A DNA stretch of 32,000 nt. It comes from Candidatus Hadarchaeales archaeon. GTDB lineage: Archaea > Hadarchaeota > Hadarchaeia > Hadarchaeales > Hadarchaeaceae. Positions 1 through 10,778 of this stretch are shown here, in pieces. A program made the position numbers and the translations under genes. The stretch's first letter is position 1, and every line of letters starts with the position of its first letter. The stretch lies in the NCBI GenBank assembly GCA_038823825.1, contig JAWBCC010000001.1, forward strand, positions 1 through 32,000. Direction: 5' to 3'. The notes under the pieces are model-generated. The model saw nothing but the letters and a program-made list of their open reading frames with translations. It ran no database searches and was not told the origin of the DNA.

Positions 1-779
1 TTTCCGAGAACAGGTGGGAAAATGTTTCGAGTTTTCCCGCAACAGTAACAAACGCGAACGATAGACTTGCTTTCGACGGTACGTATTTGTATATGATTAG
101 AGGAGCGACCGATAGCAGTTTCTGGAGGTATCGAGCAACGATTCTAGAGCCAACTTACTCCAATAATGCACGTTTCAGCTACACTTGGTTAGCGAACAAG
201 AGTAACGGGACATGGGAATTCTCATGCCCAACTGGATCGCCATACATAGATCCCGCGGGGAGTTCAATGGTCGAAAACTCGCAAACAAAATCGTACATAA
301 CAACTTTCAAAGTAAGAGTGGCCAAAACAGCTGTTCCTGGAAGCTGGGATATTGCCGTTAGGGTTACAGACAAATTTGGTCTACAATCCGAGCTGAAGAG
401 GACGGATGCAATAATAATGGCTGTTTATCTAGAAATGTCTGTTGACAAAAGCACGCTCACTTTCAGTGGTAAGCAGGGTGAAAGTGTTTATGCGAGCGAG
501 AGTCCTATAACTGCAACAGTGACGGCAAACGAGAACTTCTACTTAGAAGTCAAAGCAGCAGGTGACTGGGTGAAGGGTGCTGACACGATGCCTGCGAGCG
601 CAACGAAGGCGAAGGGAGAAGGAGATTGGGTGGCTCTGAGTACGACTTACCAAGCAGTCTGGAGCAATGTCTCCTACGGTGAAGATGTTCAGAAGCAGAT
701 TCAGTGGAGACTCGACATACCTGCCGACGCAGTTCCAGGAGACTACACGAACACATTCTACTTGCGGATTAAAACTTAG
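1..779 (+). CDS. 5'-truncated hypothetical secreted/surface protein (C-terminal ~258 codons), beta-sandwich-like
   Basis: Frame 3 is open from nt 3 to TAG 777-779 with no stop. The TTG at 87 in the ORF track is therefore probably internal and the gene starts left of the window. No catalytic motif recognised. The sequence is strand-rich and ends ...LDIPADAVPGDYTNTFYLRIKT, like Ig/CARDB-type surface domains. Confidence 0.55.
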   Translation, partial: SENRWENVSSFPATVTNANDRLAFDGTYLYMIRGATDSSFWRYRATILEPTYSNNARFSYTWLANKSNGTWEFSCPTGSPYIDPAGSSMVENSQTKSYITTFKVRVAKTAVPGSWDIAVRVTDKFGLQSELKRTDAIIMAVYLEMSVDKSTLTFSGKQGESVYASESPITATVTANENFYLEVKAAGDWVKGADTMPASATKAKGEGDWVALSTTYQAVWSNVSYGEDVQKQIQWRLDIPADAVPGDYTNTFYLRIKT

Positions 780-795
780 CGAATAGAGATTCTCA

Positions 796-1728
796 CTACT
801 CAAACTCTATTGTGGCGGGCGGTTTCCCAGTCAGGTCGTAGAGAACATGTGTAACTGAGGGCAGCCTTTCTCTGATCTTTTTCTCAATCCTTTGCAAAAC
901 TTTCCAGGGCAGTTCAACGGCTTGAGCCTCCATCGCATCTTTCGATTGTACAACTCTCACAACGATGATATCCCCATACTTACGTCCTTTCTTTGTGACG
1001 CCGGTGGCCTTGTCGTTAAGCAGGATGGCAAAGGCTTGGAAGCAATCAATTTCTTTTGTTTCCTCCTCCACAACGGCTGTAGCTTCGCGAACAATCTCAA
1101 CTCTTTCTGGTGTCACTTCTCCTATGACTCTTATCGCCAGACCTGGTCCGGGGAATGGTCTGCGGTTCACGACTTCATTGGGGAGTCCAAGAGCTTTGGC
1201 GATTTCTCTAACCTGTGGTTTGAAGAGATCCTTCAGGGGCTCAAGCACCACGAAACCATACTTTTCCAAGGGGGAGATCCCTATCTGTTCAAGAACATTA
1301 TGCTGAGTTTTTACACCCTTGCGGGTTTCGATCACATCTGCTGCTATGGTTCCCTGCAACAGATATTTTGCACCCAATTCCTTCGAGATTTCCGCAAAAG
1401 TTGTGTAGAAAGTTTCCCTGAAAGCTTTCCTCTTTTCTTCCGGGTCAGTTTTACCCTTTAGGGCAGAAAAAAATTTGTCCTTCACATCATAAATTTTAAG
1501 TTTGATCCCCAATGAAGCCAAAGTCTTCTTTACTTGTTCTGGTTCCTTTTTTCTCATCAATCCGTCATCCAAAAAAACGACGCTGAGCTTTTCCCCGAGG
1601 GCTTTATGTCCAAGGACAGCAGTAGTCATACTGTCCACGCCGCCCGACGTGGCAACAACAGCTTTATCCTCTCCAACCGTTCTTCTGATCCACTCCTTCT
1701 TTTCCTCTATGAACCTCACAGCATCCAT
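796..1728 (-). CDS. guaA: GMP synthase (glutamine-hydrolysing) subunit B, ATP pyrophosphatase/PP-loop subunit
   Basis: 310 aa with PP-loop motif ATSGGVDS near the N-terminus and a GMP-synthase C-terminal dimerisation-type tail (...PPATIEFE). No fused amidotransferase domain, which is the split archaeal arrangement. ATG at 1728. Confidence 0.9.
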   Translation of the reverse strand: MDAVRFIEEKKEWIRRTVGEDKAVVATSGGVDSMTTAVLGHKALGEKLSVVFLDDGLMRKKEPEQVKKTLASLGIKLKIYDVKDKFFSALKGKTDPEEKRKAFRETFYTTFAEISKELGAKYLLQGTIAADVIETRKGVKTQHNVLEQIGISPLEKYGFVVLEPLKDLFKPQVREIAKALGLPNEVVNRRPFPGPGLAIRVIGEVTPERVEIVREATAVVEEETKEIDCFQAFAILLNDKATGVTKKGRKYGDIIVVRVVQSKDAMEAQAVELPWKVLQRIEKKIRERLPSVTHVLYDLTGKPPATIEFE

Positions 1729-1755
1729 TTGACTCTAGAAGTATTGGAAAGCATC

Positions 1756-1763
1756 CTTTTTAA
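1756..1763 (-). promoter_or_regulatory. TATA-like box (TTAAAAAG on minus strand) for guaA; possibly bidirectional for guaB
   Basis: An A/T octamer lies 27 nt upstream of the guaA ATG (1728), which predicts a 3-4 nt leader. Read on the plus strand (TTTTTAAC) it would place a TSS about 15 nt upstream of the guaB ATG, ahead of the GGTGG SD. Confidence 0.35.
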
Positions 1764-1802
1764 CCTTTTGCTGAGAAGTTTTCATAAAATAAGGTGGTAA
1801 AG

Positions 1803-3257
1803 ATGGGGAAGTTCACCGAAAAGCTCAAAATGGCCGGGGTGGCTGTCACTTTCCGTGATGTCATCCTTCTGCCTGGTCTGGCGGAAGTTGAGCCTGCCGA
1901 AGTGGATGTAAGCACAAAAGTTTCGAAGAATTATAAACTAAACATCCCATTCGTCTCCTCTCCGATGGACACCGTTACAGAAAGCGAGATGGCGATCGCC
2001 ATAGCCAGAGAAGGAGGTTTAGGAGTTTTGCATCGCAACTGCTCCGTGGAAGAGCAGGTGGAAATGGCGAAAAGGGTGAAACGCGCTGAAGCACTGATAA
2101 TTCGAGACGTTGTTACGGTATCTCCGGATCAAACTGTTGCAGAGGCCGTTGAACTTATGAGAATTCATCAAATTTCCGGGCTGCCTGTTGTAGAGGGTAG
2201 GAAACTTGTCGGGATAATCACCGGGCGGGATGTGAGGTTCGCCGATGCTCATCTTAAAGTTCGCGATGTTATGACGAAGGATGTGATTACAGCGGGGGAG
2301 GACATCGACATCGAAAAGGCCAAGGAAATTTTGCACAGGCACCGGATAGAAAAGCTCCCCATAGTTAACGAGAGTGGAGAGCTAAAAGGTTTGATAACGT
2401 TTAAGGATATCTCACTTCGAGGCAAATATCCGAACGCAGCACGCGATGAAGAAGGACAGCTTCTCTGTGCAGCAGCGATTTCTCCCTTCGACATAGAACG
2501 GGCAAAAAAACTGGATAAATATGTCGATATCCTAGTGACCGATGTTGCCCATTTCCACAATGTGCGAGTTATCCAAGCAACGAAGAAGCTTCTTCAAGAG
2601 GTGAACGCCGATGTGATAGTAGGAAACATTGGAACATATGAAGCCGCCGTGGACACGATTACACAACTCGAAGGGGTGGCGGGTTTACGCGTTGGAGTAG
2701 GCTCTGGTTCGATATGCGTAACGTCGGAGGTGACAAAAGCTGGAGCGCCAACACTTTTTGCTGTAGCTCAAATCGCTGATGCTTTGGCGGATTATGGCTG
2801 CGATATACCGGTGATTGCCGATGGTGGTGTGAGAGGACCAGGCGATGCTGCTCTAGCTCTAGCAGCAGGAGCTTCTGCGGTTATGGCCGGGAATCTCTTT
2901 GCGAGATGTAAAGAAGCGCCTGGCACCTTGATGGCAATTGGTGGGAGATATTACAAACAATATCGTGGAATGGGCAGCCCCTCCGCCTTGGCGAAAAGAT
3001 ACTCATTAGACCGCTACAGCATGCCAGCAAAGGGAATAGCGGAAGGGGTAGAGGGATGGGTTCCTTACAGGGGTGAGGTGAGCACAGTTCTCAAGGAACT
3101 TTGTGATGGTCTACGCGCAGCGATGGGTTATGCTGGCGCAAAAAACATCAGGGATCTGTGGGCAAAAGCAAGGTTTGGTCTACTAACCGCAGCCGGAATC
3201 GAGGAGACGAAGCCCCACGATATTCTGCTTCCTAGCGAGTCCATCGAAAAACTCTAA
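1803..3257 (+). CDS. guaB: IMP dehydrogenase with CBS-pair insert
   Basis: Has the catalytic-loop motif [10 protein letters not shown], tandem CBS-like segments ([10 protein letters not shown]...GLPVV...GIITGRDV) and an IMPDH-type N-terminus ([10 protein letters not shown]). ATG 1803 lies 5 nt after GGTGG (1793-1797). The ORF track's GTG at 1794 is an alternative start. Confidence 0.93.
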   Translation: MGKFTEKLKMAGVAVTFRDVILLPGLAEVEPAEVDVSTKVSKNYKLNIPFVSSPMDTVTESEMAIAIAREGGLGVLHRNCSVEEQVEMAKRVKRAEALIIRDVVTVSPDQTVAEAVELMRIHQISGLPVVEGRKLVGIITGRDVRFADAHLKVRDVMTKDVITAGEDIDIEKAKEILHRHRIEKLPIVNESGELKGLITFKDISLRGKYPNAARDEEGQLLCAAAISPFDIERAKKLDKYVDILVTDVAHFHNVRVIQATKKLLQEVNADVIVGNIGTYEAAVDTITQLEGVAGLRVGVGSGSICVTSEVTKAGAPTLFAVAQIADALADYGCDIPVIADGGVRGPGDAALALAAGASAVMAGNLFARCKEAPGTLMAIGGRYYKQYRGMGSPSALAKRYSLDRYSMPAKGIAEGVEGWVPYRGEVSTVLKELCDGLRAAMGYAGAKNIRDLWAKARFGLLTAAGIEETKPHDILLPSESIEKL

Positions 3258-4777
3258 TGTCTGAAATGCCTGATTCCGGTGAAAACCATCGAAATTCCCA
3301 GATCATCTGCTGCATCTATTATCTGCTGATCTCTAATAGAGCCTCCCGGCTGTATGATCGCAGTTACTCCAGCCTCCGCTGCTTTCTGAACGGTATCTGG
3401 AAACGGGATAAAGCCATCGGAGGCAAGAACACTCCCCTTGCTTCTCTCTCCAGCTTTTCTTATCGCAATCTCCGTAGAATCTACTCTACTCATCTGTCCG
3501 GCTCCGATTCCAACCGTTTGTTTATCTTTTGCCAAGACGATGGCATTTGATTTTACATGTTTGACGACTTTCCAAGCAAAAAGCAAGTCTTCAAGTTCTT
3601 TAGTTCCAGGTTTCTTTTTTGTTACAACTTTTAACTCCTCTGGTTTTAAGTCGACCAGATCTTCATCCTGAACAAGCAGCCCTCCAGAAATCTGTCTTAT
3701 CCCAATGCGCTCGAAATCTCCGCTAACCCGAAGCACCCGCAAGTTTGGCTTTTTCTCTAAAATCTTCAAAGCTTCTTTGTCGTAATCCGGTGCGCATAGA
3801 ACCTCAAGAAAGACAGAGATTATTTTTTCGGCAAGTGGAGGAGTCACTTTTCCATTCACGGCAACTATTCCGCCATAAGCCGATACTGGATCACACTCGT
3901 ACGCTTTGGAATATGCTTCTTGCAGATCTGAAGCGCAAGCAACACCACAGGGGTTCCCATGTTTTATTATCACAGCCGCGGGTTCTTTGAATTCGTTCAC
4001 AAGTTTCCAGCCGGCTTCTGCATCTAGCAGATTGTTGTATGAAAGTTCTTTCCCCTGTAAAAATTCGGCGTTTGCGATACCTTTTTTACTCCCATCAGAA
4101 TACAAGACACCTCTCTGGTGGGGGTTTTCTCCATATCTTAACATCGCGATTTTCCTATAAGAAAGGTTGAAGATTTCGGGAAAATCTCCATATTCAAAAA
4201 CGCTCCCCAAGTAGTTCGAGATAATCGCATCATATCTCGCTGTGTGCAAGAATGCCTTGACCGCGAGCATCTCCCTAGTTTTTTCGCTCAGTTCACCGGT
4301 GTTTCTGATTTCTTCTAAAATTTTTGGGTAATCTTCTGGATCCACGATGACTCCAACATATTTATAATTTTTTGCAGCAGAACGCACCATAGCTGGTCCA
4401 CCTATGTCGATATTCTCAATAGCCTCTTCCAGACTTGCCCCTTTTGCGACGACTTCCTCAAAAGGATAGAGATTGACCACCACTAGGTCAATTGGTTCTA
4501 TTCCCTGCTCTCGTATTTGCCGAATGTGTTCATCTTTATCTCTGATGGCAAGAATTCCGCCATGAATTTTCGGATGGAGGGTTTTTACCCTTCCATCCAG
4601 CATTTCTGGGAATTTTGTAATTTCTGAAACCTCAAGTACTCTGATCCCATTTTCTCTCAGCAATTTTGCAGTTCGTCCTGTGGATATTATCTCTATTCCG
4701 AGCTTTTGCAGTTCCTTACAAAAGTCAACAATCCCCGTCTTGTTGTAGACGCTTACAAGTGCACGTTTTATCTTCAT
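3254..4777 (-). CDS. purH: Bifunctional AICAR formyltransferase / IMP cyclohydrolase
   Basis: 507 aa. N-terminal MGS-like cyclohydrolase domain ([12 protein letters not shown]...[12 protein letters not shown]) followed by an AICARFT domain (...KHGNPCG...). ATGA overlap with the pyrG stop. Confidence 0.93.
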   Translation of the reverse strand: MKIKRALVSVYNKTGIVDFCKELQKLGIEIISTGRTAKLLRENGIRVLEVSEITKFPEMLDGRVKTLHPKIHGGILAIRDKDEHIRQIREQGIEPIDLVVVNLYPFEEVVAKGASLEEAIENIDIGGPAMVRSAAKNYKYVGVIVDPEDYPKILEEIRNTGELSEKTREMLAVKAFLHTARYDAIISNYLGSVFEYGDFPEIFNLSYRKIAMLRYGENPHQRGVLYSDGSKKGIANAEFLQGKELSYNNLLDAEAGWKLVNEFKEPAAVIIKHGNPCGVACASDLQEAYSKAYECDPVSAYGGIVAVNGKVTPPLAEKIISVFLEVLCAPDYDKEALKILEKKPNLRVLRVSGDFERIGIRQISGGLLVQDEDLVDLKPEELKVVTKKKPGTKELEDLLFAWKVVKHVKSNAIVLAKDKQTVGIGAGQMSRVDSTEIAIRKAGERSKGSVLASDGFIPFPDTVQKAAEAGVTAIIQPGGSIRDQQIIDAADDLGISMVFTGIRHFRH

Positions 4778-6384
4778 GTTGTTCTCCTCTTTTCTTCGCG
4801 TTTTTCTATCGCCGCCTTGATGAATGCATCAAAAACTGGAGCCGGCTTACCGGGCCTAGATTTGAACTCAGGATGGAATTGTGTAGCAATGAAGAAACAA
4901 TGGTTTGGAAGCTCGATTATCTCCGCTTTACCATCTGGAGTCTTTCCAGAGAAAATGATTCCGCCCTTTTCAAGAATCTCGAAATATGCGGGATTGACCT
5001 CGTATCTATGTCTATGCCTCTCGAATATTCTATCTTTCCCATAGATCTTGAAAGCAAGTGTTCCAGGCTTCACCAAAACCTCTTGAGCTCCGAGCCTCAT
5101 AGTCCCCCCCATCTCAGTGATCTTCTTTTGTTCAGGCAGGAGATCGATGACGGGGTGAGGAGTGTTCGGGTCGATTTCGGTGCTGTTCGCGTCTTTCAGT
5201 CCAATGTGACGTGCAAACTCTACAATGGCTAATTGAAACCCGAAGCAGAGACCCAAAAATGGTATGTTTTTCTCTCTCGCATATGAGATAGCTGAAATTT
5301 TGCCTTCGGACCCCCGCTTCCCGAAACCCCCCGGAACCAGTATTCCGTCATATTCTGCTAAAATCTTCTCTGGATTCGCCGTTTCAAGTTCCTCAGCCTC
5401 GATCCAGTTTATTTTCACCTTGCAGTTGTTTATCCCACCAGCATGTTTAAGTGCTTCATTTATGCTTAGATAAGTATCCGCAAATCGGACATATTTCCCG
5501 ATCATAGCAATCATAACTTCTTTATCAGCTCTATCCATCTGTTCCACAATTCTTTTCCATTCGGTGAGATCCTCGCTCCTAGACCTCAGAGATAAAAGCC
5601 TAAGCAAAAGATTATCCATCCTCTCTTCCTTCAAAATAAGCGGAACGGCGTAGATATTGTCAACATCCGGTGCGCTAACGACAGCATCGGGGGGCACATT
5701 GCAGAAAAGCGAGATCTTCCTTCTGGCCTCCTTCGTGAGGGGAGTTTTACATCTGCAAACTATTATGTCTGGCATTATTCCAAGCTCACGCAACTCTTTC
5801 ACACTATGTTGCGTAGGTTTTGTCTTTTGTTCGCCGACCACATCCAAAACCGGCACTAGGGTAACATGAACAAAAACAACATTGGTTGATCCCTCTTCGA
5901 GTCTCATCTGCCTGACAGCTTCGAGAAACGGCATGCTCTCGATATCTCCAACCGTTCCCCCGATTTCGACCAAACAAATCTCAGCCCCGCTGTCCCCCGC
6001 AACTCTTCTTATTCTTTCTTTGATGAGATCTGTCACGTGAGGAATTATCTGCACCGTCTTTCCGAGATATTCCCCCTTTCTCTCCCTCTCTATAATTTTT
6101 CCATAGATCTGCCCCGTCGTTATGTTGTGATGCTTTGTAAGATTGATATTCAAAAATCTTTCGTAGTGACCCATATCGAGGTCTATTTCTCCACCGTCCT
6201 CGGTTACAAATATCTCTCCATGCTCAAAGGGATTCATCGTTCCAGCGTCGACATTCAGATAGGGGTCAATTTTTATTGCAGTTACAGAAAAGCCGTGCGA
6301 TTGAAGAAGCTTTCCGATGGATGCTGTTGTTATTCCTTTTCCAAGTCCGCTCATTACCCCTCCGGTAACTACTATGTACTTCAT
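4774..6384 (-). CDS. pyrG: CTP synthase
   Basis: 536 aa. N-terminus [18 protein letters not shown]-terminal class I amidotransferase domain with GLCFGFQ (Cys nucleophile) and a later HPEF motif. Confidence 0.95.
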   Translation of the reverse strand: MKYIVVTGGVMSGLGKGITTASIGKLLQSHGFSVTAIKIDPYLNVDAGTMNPFEHGEIFVTEDGGEIDLDMGHYERFLNINLTKHHNITTGQIYGKIIERERKGEYLGKTVQIIPHVTDLIKERIRRVAGDSGAEICLVEIGGTVGDIESMPFLEAVRQMRLEEGSTNVVFVHVTLVPVLDVVGEQKTKPTQHSVKELRELGIMPDIIVCRCKTPLTKEARRKISLFCNVPPDAVVSAPDVDNIYAVPLILKEERMDNLLLRLLSLRSRSEDLTEWKRIVEQMDRADKEVMIAMIGKYVRFADTYLSINEALKHAGGINNCKVKINWIEAEELETANPEKILAEYDGILVPGGFGKRGSEGKISAISYAREKNIPFLGLCFGFQLAIVEFARHIGLKDANSTEIDPNTPHPVIDLLPEQKKITEMGGTMRLGAQEVLVKPGTLAFKIYGKDRIFERHRHRYEVNPAYFEILEKGGIIFSGKTPDGKAEIIELPNHCFFIATQFHPEFKSRPGKPAPVFDAFIKAAIEKREEKRRTT

Positions 6385-6388
6385 GGTC

Positions 6389-7291
6389 CTACACCCTCAG
6401 TTTTTCTATCGCACTTATATTCTTGAGCCCTAGGTTTTCCAGATATTTTTCAATGCCTCTGCAGATTTCCCTAAAGATCGAAAGGCCCTTTACTGCTATG
6501 GCAGACCCTACCTGAACGGCGGTAGCTCCGGCCAAGATGAATTCTACAGCATCTTCCCATGTTTCTACTCCACCACAACCAACTATCGGTATGGAAAGCC
6601 GTTTGTGAAGTTGATGGACGCATCTCAACGCTATCGGATGAATAGCCGGGCCGGAAAGCCCCCCATAGATTTCCGAAAGAATTGGACTTCTCGTGTGCAC
6701 GTCTATAGCCATGCCGGTAATAGTGTTTATCGCAACCACACCATCGGCTCCGGCTTTCTGGGCAGACTCTCCGACTTCAACTAATCTGTCGGTCAAGCCA
6801 AGTTTGACGAAAACCGGGATAGTGACGTTATCCTTAACCCTTCGGACTATTCTTTTAACAACTTCTGGTTCTCGGCCGAATTCGAGTCCTCCTCTTTTGA
6901 CGTTTGGGCAGGAAAGATTTAGTTCAACAGCATCGGCCCCGCAATCATCAGCCGCTCCGCATATTTTGACGAATTCGTTTTCGCTGAATCCGGCCACACT
7001 GACGATTACTGGAACTCCTCCTTCTTTCGCTATCGGAAGATCATATGACAAGAAATCTATGTAACCAGGGTTTGCGATTCCGATGTTATTAAGAAATCCG
7101 CCCCGCACTCCTATTACGGCTGGTGTATTGCTTCCTTCCCGTTTTTCCACAGTTAGACTTTTTGTCACAACTGCTCCGGCGCCAGCCAGTGCTGCCTGTT
7201 TCAAAAGAGGACCGTTTGAGAGGATTCCTGCTGCCAACATGATCGGATTCCGCAACTTCAATCTGCCAATCTTAACCGAAAGTTTTGACAT
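6389..7291 (-). CDS. pyrD: Dihydroorotate dehydrogenase, class 1B catalytic subunit
   Basis: [23 protein letters not shown]-terminus and NLSCPNV active-site Cys motif. Paired with pyrK two genes upstream (pyrC lies between them). ATG 7291 is preferred because GGGG/GAGGA lies upstream. The ORF-track TTG at 7315 would add 8 acidic residues. Confidence 0.9.
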   Translation of the reverse strand: MSKLSVKIGRLKLRNPIMLAAGILSNGPLLKQAALAGAGAVVTKSLTVEKREGSNTPAVIGVRGGFLNNIGIANPGYIDFLSYDLPIAKEGGVPVIVSVAGFSENEFVKICGAADDCGADAVELNLSCPNVKRGGLEFGREPEVVKRIVRRVKDNVTIPVFVKLGLTDRLVEVGESAQKAGADGVVAINTITGMAIDVHTRSPILSEIYGGLSGPAIHPIALRCVHQLHKRLSIPIVGCGGVETWEDAVEFILAGATAVQVGSAIAVKGLSIFREICRGIEKYLENLGLKNISAIEKLRV

Positions 7292-8546
7292 TTCTTCCCC
7301 ATCCTCTTCTTCCAACTATTTCTCTCTCAAACATTACTAACTTTCCTCTCACGAGTGTGGCGATAGGAACGCCGATGACCTTCGTTCCTGCGAACGGACT
7401 GAACTTTGCCTTACTGATGAAATTTGAAGGATCGATTTTCCACTCTTTTTCCAGATCCACCACGGTGAGATTTGCGGTCATTCCCTCCTTGATTTCTCCA
7501 AAGTGCTTCAGTCCAAGAATTCTGGCAGGCCTGCTCGAGCATGTTCTGACAAAATCCTCCAGTCGCAACATGTCTTTCTTTACCATAGTGAGCAAAAGCG
7601 GAACCGTTGTCTCAAGTGAAGGAAATCCGGATGCTGGTGGGTCTGCCAGTTTTTCTTCTAACGAATGTGGCGCATGATCTGATGTTACACAGTCTATAAC
7701 TCCCTTCTGTAGTTTCTCCAGTAGAAATTTTCTGTCTCTCTCGCTTCTGAGTGAAGGTTCAACTCGTGCGATTTTTCCTATTTTTTCAACGTCCTTTTCC
7801 GTAAGCAGAAGATAGTGTGGACAAGTATCACCGGTGAGCGGTAACAGACTTTTCTTTTTCGAGAAAATCTCCGCCCCTCTGGTAGACGAGATATGTGTGA
7901 CATGCAACTTAAATCCAACTTTTCTGGAGAGCTCGGTTATATCCTCAATCGCCCCGGCTTCAGCCTCAGGTAGTCTTATTGGACCGAATTTAGTGTGTCT
8001 AACAGGTTCTGGTCTCTCCGCATGCGCAACCACTAGCATGTTCTTTCTTGAAGCGAAATCCAAGATTTTTCTCATCAGCTCATGGTTTTCTTGTGAATAG
8101 AATTCTCTATGCATGAAAATCTTTAGACCAATCGCCAAATCTACAACTTCTTCCGTCAAATGTTCAAGTTTTTTTGGAACTCCATAATACAGTCCGTAGT
8201 CAACAAAGCTTTTTTTCCTAGCGATTTTTTCTCTCTTTCTTAGCACCGAAGGTTTATTGATCGGAGGTATGGTGTTTGGCATATCGCACACGACTGTAAA
8301 TCCGCCCATCGCCGCAGCCATCGTACCGGTTTCAAAGTCTTCTTTATAGTCGAGTTTAAAATCTCTAAGATGAACATGCATATCGATTAGTCCAGGTAAA
8401 ATAAGGTTTCCCTTTCTCCGGAAATCTAACTTTTCCTCACCTTCAAGGTTCTTCCTGATTCTGGCGATTTTTCCATTTTCTATGAGGATGCTGCCGTCGA
8501 TTATTTTGGTAGATGTGTAGATTTTGCCGCTGACTACGAGGCTCAG
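7272..8546 (-). CDS. pyrC: Dihydroorotase; conserved N-terminus lacks a canonical start codon (canonical-start ORF is only 7272..8381)
   Basis: The HxH metal motif (PGLIDMHVHLRD) spans the first ATG at 8381. The 55 in-frame codons upstream (LSLVVSGKIYTSTKIIDGSILIENGKIARI...) encode a typical amidohydrolase N-terminal strand region. That stretch contains no ATG, GTG or TTG after the in-frame TAG. CTG at 8546 overlaps the pyrK TGA (CTGA) and lies 5 nt downstream of AGGAGGGTG (8552-8560). Confidence 0.8.
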   Translation of the reverse strand: MSLVVSGKIYTSTKIIDGSILIENGKIARIRKNLEGEEKLDFRRKGNLILPGLIDMHVHLRDFKLDYKEDFETGTMAAAMGGFTVVCDMPNTIPPINKPSVLRKREKIARKKSFVDYGLYYGVPKKLEHLTEEVVDLAIGLKIFMHREFYSQENHELMRKILDFASRKNMLVVAHAERPEPVRHTKFGPIRLPEAEAGAIEDITELSRKVGFKLHVTHISSTRGAEIFSKKKSLLPLTGDTCPHYLLLTEKDVEKIGKIARVEPSLRSERDRKFLLEKLQKGVIDCVTSDHAPHSLEEKLADPPASGFPSLETTVPLLLTMVKKDMLRLEDFVRTCSSRPARILGLKHFGEIKEGMTANLTVVDLEKEWKIDPSNFISKAKFSPFAGTKVIGVPIATLVRGKLVMFEREIVGRRGWGRNVKTFG

Positions 8547-9367
8547 ATTGGCACCCTCCTTCCAGCAGCATCTCTGGAGAATCTGCCGAAATCCGTGTTT
8601 AAAAGTTCCCTAGCGCAGAAGACCGGACCGTCTATGCACACCCTTAATCCGACTGGGTCGAGAACGCAGGAGCCGCATATTCCAAATCCACACTTCATAT
8701 ATCTCTCTAAGGAAGCCTGTACATGGATGCCCTTTTTCAGTGCGATTTCTAAAATTTTTTTCATCATCATTTCAGGTCCACAAGTTAGCACGCATTCAGG
8801 TTTGATTTTGTTCAAAAGATTCTCGAACAGCTCGGTTACGAGCCCTTTATATCCAGCGGAACCATCTTCTGTGGCGACTTCGACTTTCGCTCCGAGTTTT
8901 TTAGCTTCATGAATGAAGAGAAGCTCTTCAGATTTTTTTGCTCCGACCACATACCAACACTCACCCCGATTTTCTCTGATAGACTTTAGAGCATAGATAA
9001 GAGGAGAAGCTCCGTATCCTCCCGCGACTAGCATTACTTTTTTGTAACCGTTCAGCGAAAAACCACGTCCGAATGGGCCACGCAAAAGCAAAATATCGCC
9101 TTTTTTAAGGTTCATCATAAGCTCAGTGGTTTTCCCGACAGCAGCGACAGTTAGTCTCAATATGTTTTGCTCGAAACCGGATGCGGAGATAGGGATCTCT
9201 TCCCCTCCGGGAGCCCAGATCATAAAAAACTGCCCCGGCGAGGGTTTTTGTCCAGCGTATTGTAAGTAAAAAGACTTGATGTTTGAAGCTTCTTCCTTCA
9301 CACGTTTTATTTTGCAGGCTCTGGGTGCGAATTGCAGATAAGGATCAACGTTTTTCAATTCTCTCAC
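8543..9367 (-). CDS. pyrK: Dihydroorotate dehydrogenase electron-transfer subunit (FAD/[2Fe-2S])
   Basis: 274 aa with a ferredoxin-reductase-like fold and a C-terminal cluster motif CGFGICGSCV...C. GTGA overlap with the pyrI stop. Confidence 0.9.
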   Translation of the reverse strand: MRELKNVDPYLQFAPRACKIKRVKEEASNIKSFYLQYAGQKPSPGQFFMIWAPGGEEIPISASGFEQNILRLTVAAVGKTTELMMNLKKGDILLLRGPFGRGFSLNGYKKVMLVAGGYGASPLIYALKSIRENRGECWYVVGAKKSEELLFIHEAKKLGAKVEVATEDGSAGYKGLVTELFENLLNKIKPECVLTCGPEMMMKKILEIALKKGIHVQASLERYMKCGFGICGSCVLDPVGLRVCIDGPVFCARELLNTDFGRFSRDAAGRRVPI

Positions 9368-9858
9368 CGCTTAGCAGCAGCTCGCGAGTATTGTTCGATT
9401 ATGTCATTCTGATTTACGTATGTGCCGCAATACTCGCAGCACAAAACTAGTGGTTCACTCGAAACTACCTTAAAAGTAGGAACCACTGGTTCTCCCTGCT
9501 TGTTTGTTATACAATTTGGATTTACGCATGTCACGATTTCCTTTATTATGCTTGGAAGTTTCACCTTCGTTTTTTTCACCACGGAATAGTCTCTAATTGT
9601 ATTTATCGTTGCCTCGGGCGCCAGAAGAGCAATTTTATCTACTTCTTTCGGGTCTAATTCCCGATTTTCTATTTTTACAATGTCTTTTTTTCCAATTTTT
9701 TTACTTCTGACATTCATGAGAAGAGCCACGGTATATCCTTCTTCTCCAGTTATTCCAAGAATTTTTAGGACGTTCAGCGCCTGTCCTCCAGGAATGTGAT
9801 CTATTACGGTACCATTTTTTATTCTCCTGACTATGAGTTTGTTTCCTTCCTCTTTCAT
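9364..9858 (-). CDS. pyrI: Aspartate carbamoyltransferase regulatory subunit
   Basis: 164 aa. Has RRIKNGTVIDHIP and the zinc-domain Cys pairs CVNPNC...CEYC. ATGA overlap with the pyrB stop. Confidence 0.92.
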   Translation of the reverse strand: MKEEGNKLIVRRIKNGTVIDHIPGGQALNVLKILGITGEEGYTVALLMNVRSKKIGKKDIVKIENRELDPKEVDKIALLAPEATINTIRDYSVVKKTKVKLPSIIKEIVTCVNPNCITNKQGEPVVPTFKVVSSEPLVLCCEYCGTYVNQNDIIEQYSRAAAKR

Positions 9859-10778
9859 TTTTCTCCCTCGAGCAAAAGATACAACAAAGCCATTCTTACT
9901 GGAACCCCATTTGCTGCTTGTTGGAAATATCTCGCAGATTTATGAGTATCAACTTCAAGAGCTATTTCACCAACTCTGGGCAGCGGGTGCATTATTATCA
10001 TTCCATCTTTTGCGTTTTTGATGGTCTCCAAATCCACCCTATATGAACCCTTGACCTTTTCGTATTCCGCAGGATCCGGAAACCTTTCACGCTGTATTCT
10101 CGTCACATATAGAACATCTGTCTCTTGTATAATGTCTTGGAGATTTTCTCTTATTTCAAAATTCACCCCAGATTTTGTGAGGTGCTCTTCGAGTTCCTTT
10201 CTGGGTTTGAGCAACGGCGGAGACACGAGATATATTTTTCTCGGTTTGAATTTTGTCAAAGCGTAAAGAAATGATGCGACAGCTCTTCCATATCTCAGAT
10301 CCCCCATCAATACGAAGTTCAGTCCATCGATCCTTCCGAATTCTTTCCAGACGGTGTAAAGATCGACCATCGCTTGTGTTGGATGATTTTTTGTACCATC
10401 TCCTGCGTTTATCACAGGAGCGTCAGCGATTTCAGCAGCAAGTTTCGCCGCACCTTCCACTTTATGTCGAATTGCGATGACATCCGCATAAGCATCCAGC
10501 ATTCTGATGGTATCAGCCAAGTTTTCCCCCTTCGCAATCGAAGTCGCCTCTATATCTGTAAATCCAATAACGGAGCCGCCAAGCTTGTGCATTGCCGTCT
10601 CAAAACTTAACTTCGTTCTAGTGCTAGGTTCAAAAAAGGCATTGGCGAGAATTTTTCCTTTTAACACAGAGCTTCCTTTTTTCATGGTTTTTTCCATTTT
10701 TTTCGAAACCTCAAATATTTTCTTGAGTTCGGCATCGCTGAAATCCAGTATGGAAATCACATCTCTGTTTTTGAACAT
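9855..10778 (-). CDS. pyrB: Aspartate carbamoyltransferase catalytic subunit
   Basis: 307 aa with the carbamoyl-phosphate motif FFEPSTRTKLSFE, plus HPTQ and HPLPR motifs. Confidence 0.95.
   Translation of the reverse strand: MFKNRDVISILDFSDAELKKIFEVSKKMEKTMKKGSSVLKGKILANAFFEPSTRTKLSFETAMHKLGGSVIGFTDIEATSIAKGENLADTIRMLDAYADVIAIRHKVEGAAKLAAEIADAPVINAGDGTKNHPTQAMVDLYTVWKEFGRIDGLNFVLMGDLRYGRAVASFLYALTKFKPRKIYLVSPPLLKPRKELEEHLTKSGVNFEIRENLQDIIQETDVLYVTRIQRERFPDPAEYEKVKGSYRVDLETIKNAKDGMIIMHPLPRVGEIALEVDTHKSARYFQQAANGVPVRMALLYLLLEGEK

Noticed and set aside
892-1461. Antisense ORFs nested inside well-supported genes, such as 892-1461(+), 4666-5232(+), 6693-7064(+), 7285-7677(+), 10910-11302(+), 14497-14907(-) and 25125-25667(-).
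   Set aside because: Each lies entirely opposite a gene with strong family motifs. Their translations are low-complexity (rich in S, L, F and R), have no recognisable motifs, and lack an SD or promoter context. They are typical shadow ORFs.
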